Source of the DNA: Moorena sp. SIO3A2
GTDB lineage: Bacteria; Cyanobacteriota; Cyanobacteriia; Cyanobacteriales; Coleofasciculaceae
Reading direction: 5' to 3'
Assembly (NCBI RefSeq): GCF_010672265.1
Contig: NZ_JAAHHC010000004.1
Location: 6,161 to 70,160, forward strand
DNA: 64,000 nt
Part shown: piece by piece, positions 62,150 to 64,000 of the stretch
How positions within the stretch are numbered: the stretch's first letter is position 1
Layout of the letters: every line of letters begins with the position of its first letter
Made by a program: the position numbers and the translations under genes
Notes under the pieces: model-generated
Seen by the model: the letters and a program-made list of their open reading frames with translations, nothing else
What the model was told of the DNA's origin: nothing
The model's database searches: none

Positions 62150-63028
62150 TTAAATTTCATCGGGATTAATACCCATCTGTCGTAACCGTTCTGCTAGTTG
62201 TTGAGCTCGTTGTTGAGCCAGTTCCTTCTGTTGACGTTCTTGTTCAGCTCGTTGGTGTTCCTGTTCAGCTCGTTGGTGTTCCTGTTCAGCTCGTTGGTAT
62301 TCTTGTTCGGCTCGTTGCCGTTCTTGTTCGGCTCGTTGCCGTTCTTGTTCGGTTCGTTCTGCGTTAGTGGCAATCCAATTTCCATCTTGATCATACCAAC
62401 GTAGCCACAACCGATTCAATCCCCGATATTCCCCAAGCCATAGCCCTAAACCCAATTGCAACTCAGGGATCCAAAATTGGGAATTATCTATTGTTTGGGG
62501 TTGATAGCTGCCGCCATCTAAGTGAAAGATTTTTAATTCGTTGGTGACTCGCTCAAAGGTGATATAGTAGGGAATTGCTAAAATCTGCTCGTACACTTCC
62601 CATTTCGTTGGTGGTTCTCCCGTTCGTTCACTGTAACCAAGGTCTTGATCTCTGGTGCTGGCAGAGAGAAACTCTATCGCCACAATTGGTCTGACTTCTT
62701 CTTGCCAGATCACATAACTCATTCTGAGCTCTCGTCCCTGGTAGAATCGGGAAATCCCTACTACCGCAAACCAATCCGGTCGTTTGTACCAAGCGGTATG
62801 GTTGGGGTCATAATATAAATTTAAGTCACTGGCCACAAACACCCTTTCGCTGTCATAATTGGGAGGGCGAAATGTTTCACTACACAGTTGTGGTTGCCAA
62901 AGATGAAATTCGTCAGGCAAACCCGGCTCCTCGGGATCTTCACTGGGTAAATCATACATGGTGGGCAGGGTTTCTTTAGCCGGATGAGGGAGAATAACTT
63001 TTTTAAATGAGGGTTTGGCAAGTGACAT
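62150..63028 (-). CDS. Uma2-family (DUF820) putative restriction-endonuclease-like protein with a C-terminal (ERQRAEQ)n coiled-coil repeat tail
   Basis: 292 aa; motifs NLYYDP, PDWFAVVG, VAIEFLSASTRDQD, YYITFE; 21-nt tandem repeat x5-6 at 62236-62362 encodes the tail. Confidence 0.8.
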   Translation of the reverse strand: MSLAKPSFKKVILPHPAKETLPTMYDLPSEDPEEPGLPDEFHLWQPQLCSETFRPPNYDSERVFVASDLNLYYDPNHTAWYKRPDWFAVVGISRFYQGRELRMSYVIWQEEVRPIVAIEFLSASTRDQDLGYSERTGEPPTKWEVYEQILAIPYYITFERVTNELKIFHLDGGSYQPQTIDNSQFWIPELQLGLGLWLGEYRGLNRLWLRWYDQDGNWIATNAERTEQERQRAEQERQRAEQEYQRAEQEHQRAEQEHQRAEQERQQKELAQQRAQQLAERLRQMGINPDEI

Positions 63029-63093
63029 GAGATGACCTCAATTTTTCCGACTGATGAGTTTGATCTTAGCAACTGCCGGTAAGCATTTAGCCC

Positions 63094-63149
63094 TCAGCTG
63101 TCAGCTGTCAGCTGTCAGCCATCAGCTGTGCTCCCTGTTCCCTGTTCCC
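63094..63149. repeat. CAGCTGT heptamer tandem repeat followed by CCCTGTT repeats
   Basis: Direct reading. Confidence 0.8.
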
Positions 63150-63255
63150 AAAGCGTACCCCCGTTTCCCTTATAAAAGAGGGACTTTGAGCTTGAGAAGC
63201 GTACCTCATACATCCCATAAACGCTATATTGGACTTTCCTGCTCCCGACTCCCTC

Positions 63256-63301
63256 GGTGCGCTTTCCGCATCTAATTATTAAATTCGCCACGGGTCGCAC
63301 C
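63256..63301. mobile_element. Copy F of the palindromic MITE-like element (reverse orientation, centre diverged)
   Basis: GGTGCGCTTTCCG...AAATTCGCCACGGGTCGCACC. Confidence 0.55.
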
Positions 63302-63359
63302 GCTCCCTACTCCTTTTACTTTATAATTATAGATAAACCAAAAAACAACTACCAATATC

Positions 63360-63551
63360 ATGCTAGATTGGTTAGCAGTTTGGGGAATTTCTAGTGCTGG
63401 TGGCTATCTCGCCAAAGAGGTGATTGGTCCGTTGGCCAAAGAAGCTCTAGAAGACTACACCAAAGACTTATTCAAAGTATCCATCAAAGAGTATACCGGA
63501 CTATCGGATCAAAATATCCAGAAAAAACTCTTGGGTAAAGCATTAAAATAA
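63360..63551 (+). CDS. Small hypothetical protein
   Basis: 63-aa ORF, no recognisable motif. Confidence 0.2.
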   Translation: MLDWLAVWGISSAGGYLAKEVIGPLAKEALEDYTKDLFKVSIKEYTGLSDQNIQKKLLGKALK

Positions 63552-63774
63552 TTTATGGCTTTAGTGGAAGAAGAATTGGAAGATGCTGATTTATCTAAGC
63601 AAGAATTAAAACAGTATAGTAAACCTCTCAAGCAGTATATTAAACATAAATCCATTAAAGCTATCCTGGGCAGTGCGTTCAAGTATGGCTGTTAAGGAAT
63701 AGATACCGATATATTAGCGAAGACTTAGATTGAGCTTGACTTATTAGAATTACCGGAAGGATTTGATTGGCACT

Positions 63775-64000
63775 ATGTACTATATTGGTAAAAGCTATCT
63801 CAAGAAAGGAAAAAAAAAGAACAATAAGAAAGTAAAAAATATTATTCGGGAATCAGAGCAGTTACGGCCTATCCGAAATTCCCAAACCTTGGAAGCGATC
63901 GCAGAAAACACTAAACCAGAAATTACCCCAGATGTTGAGTTAAGGAAATATCAGGAAGCACTCCTAGAGAGCTACGGTAATGTTAAATTGGATAGTTTGG
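63775..64000 (+). CDS. Start of an ORF that runs off the end of the window (hypothetical; lysine-rich N-terminus then RKYQEALLESYGNVKLDSL)
   Basis: Open frame from the ATG at 63775 to the window edge; not in the ORF track because no stop codon is reached. Confidence 0.2.
   Translation, partial: MYYIGKSYLKKGKKKNNKKVKNIIRESEQLRPIRNSQTLEAIAENTKPEITPDVELRKYQEALLESYGNVKLDSL

Noticed and set aside
62194-62404. Two 66-68-aa ORFs with NGNEPNK / FLFSSLV repeats
   Set aside because: Alternative-frame translations of the 21-nt repeat inside the Uma2 gene.

Overview
This 64 kb window looks like chromosomal DNA from a filamentous cyanobacterium. Evidence: about 21 HIP1 octamers (GCGATCGC), many arrays of tandem heptamer repeats (STRR-like) between genes, and a cyanobacterial-type ribosomal protein cluster that lacks rpsJ and rpsN. 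The right-centre of the window (36.7-55.7 kb) is the conserved ribosomal operon: rplC-rplD-rplW-rplB-rpsS-rplV-rpsC-rplP-rpmC-rpsQ-rplN-rplX-rplE-rpsH-rplF-rplR-rpsE-rplO-secY-adk-infA-rpmJ-rpsM-rpsK-rpoA-rplQ-truA-rplM-rpsI-rpmE-prfA. The left half is more accessory. It holds a cNMP-binding/C39-peptidase ABC exporter with an HlyD partner, two Uma2 (DUF820) endonucleases, a second ABC exporter, an OppC-like permease, an HD-domain protein and tRNA-Gly(CCC). Next comes a 2.8 kb stretch without genes but packed with repeats and hairpin elements, which contains a sequence resembling domain V of a group II intron. After that are rpmG, rpsR, an RNase II-family exonuclease, a decayed IS200/IS605 TnpB element, an ammonium transporter, several hypothetical genes, a STAS protein, and a large radical SAM fusion protein that carries an in-frame 15-nt tandem repeat. 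Then a pentapeptide-repeat protein, a complete homologue of the eukaryotic major vault protein (MVP), a CPA2 antiporter, a receiver-PAS-adenylate cyclase, an AAA-like STAND-type ATPase and a DUF2993 protein. The most unusual feature is the bacterial MVP gene at 30.7-33.3 kb. Other points worth checking are an apparent +1 frameshift in rpmJ, two families of small dispersed hairpin/MITE-like elements, and tandem repeats that sit in frame within or at the ends of coding regions.
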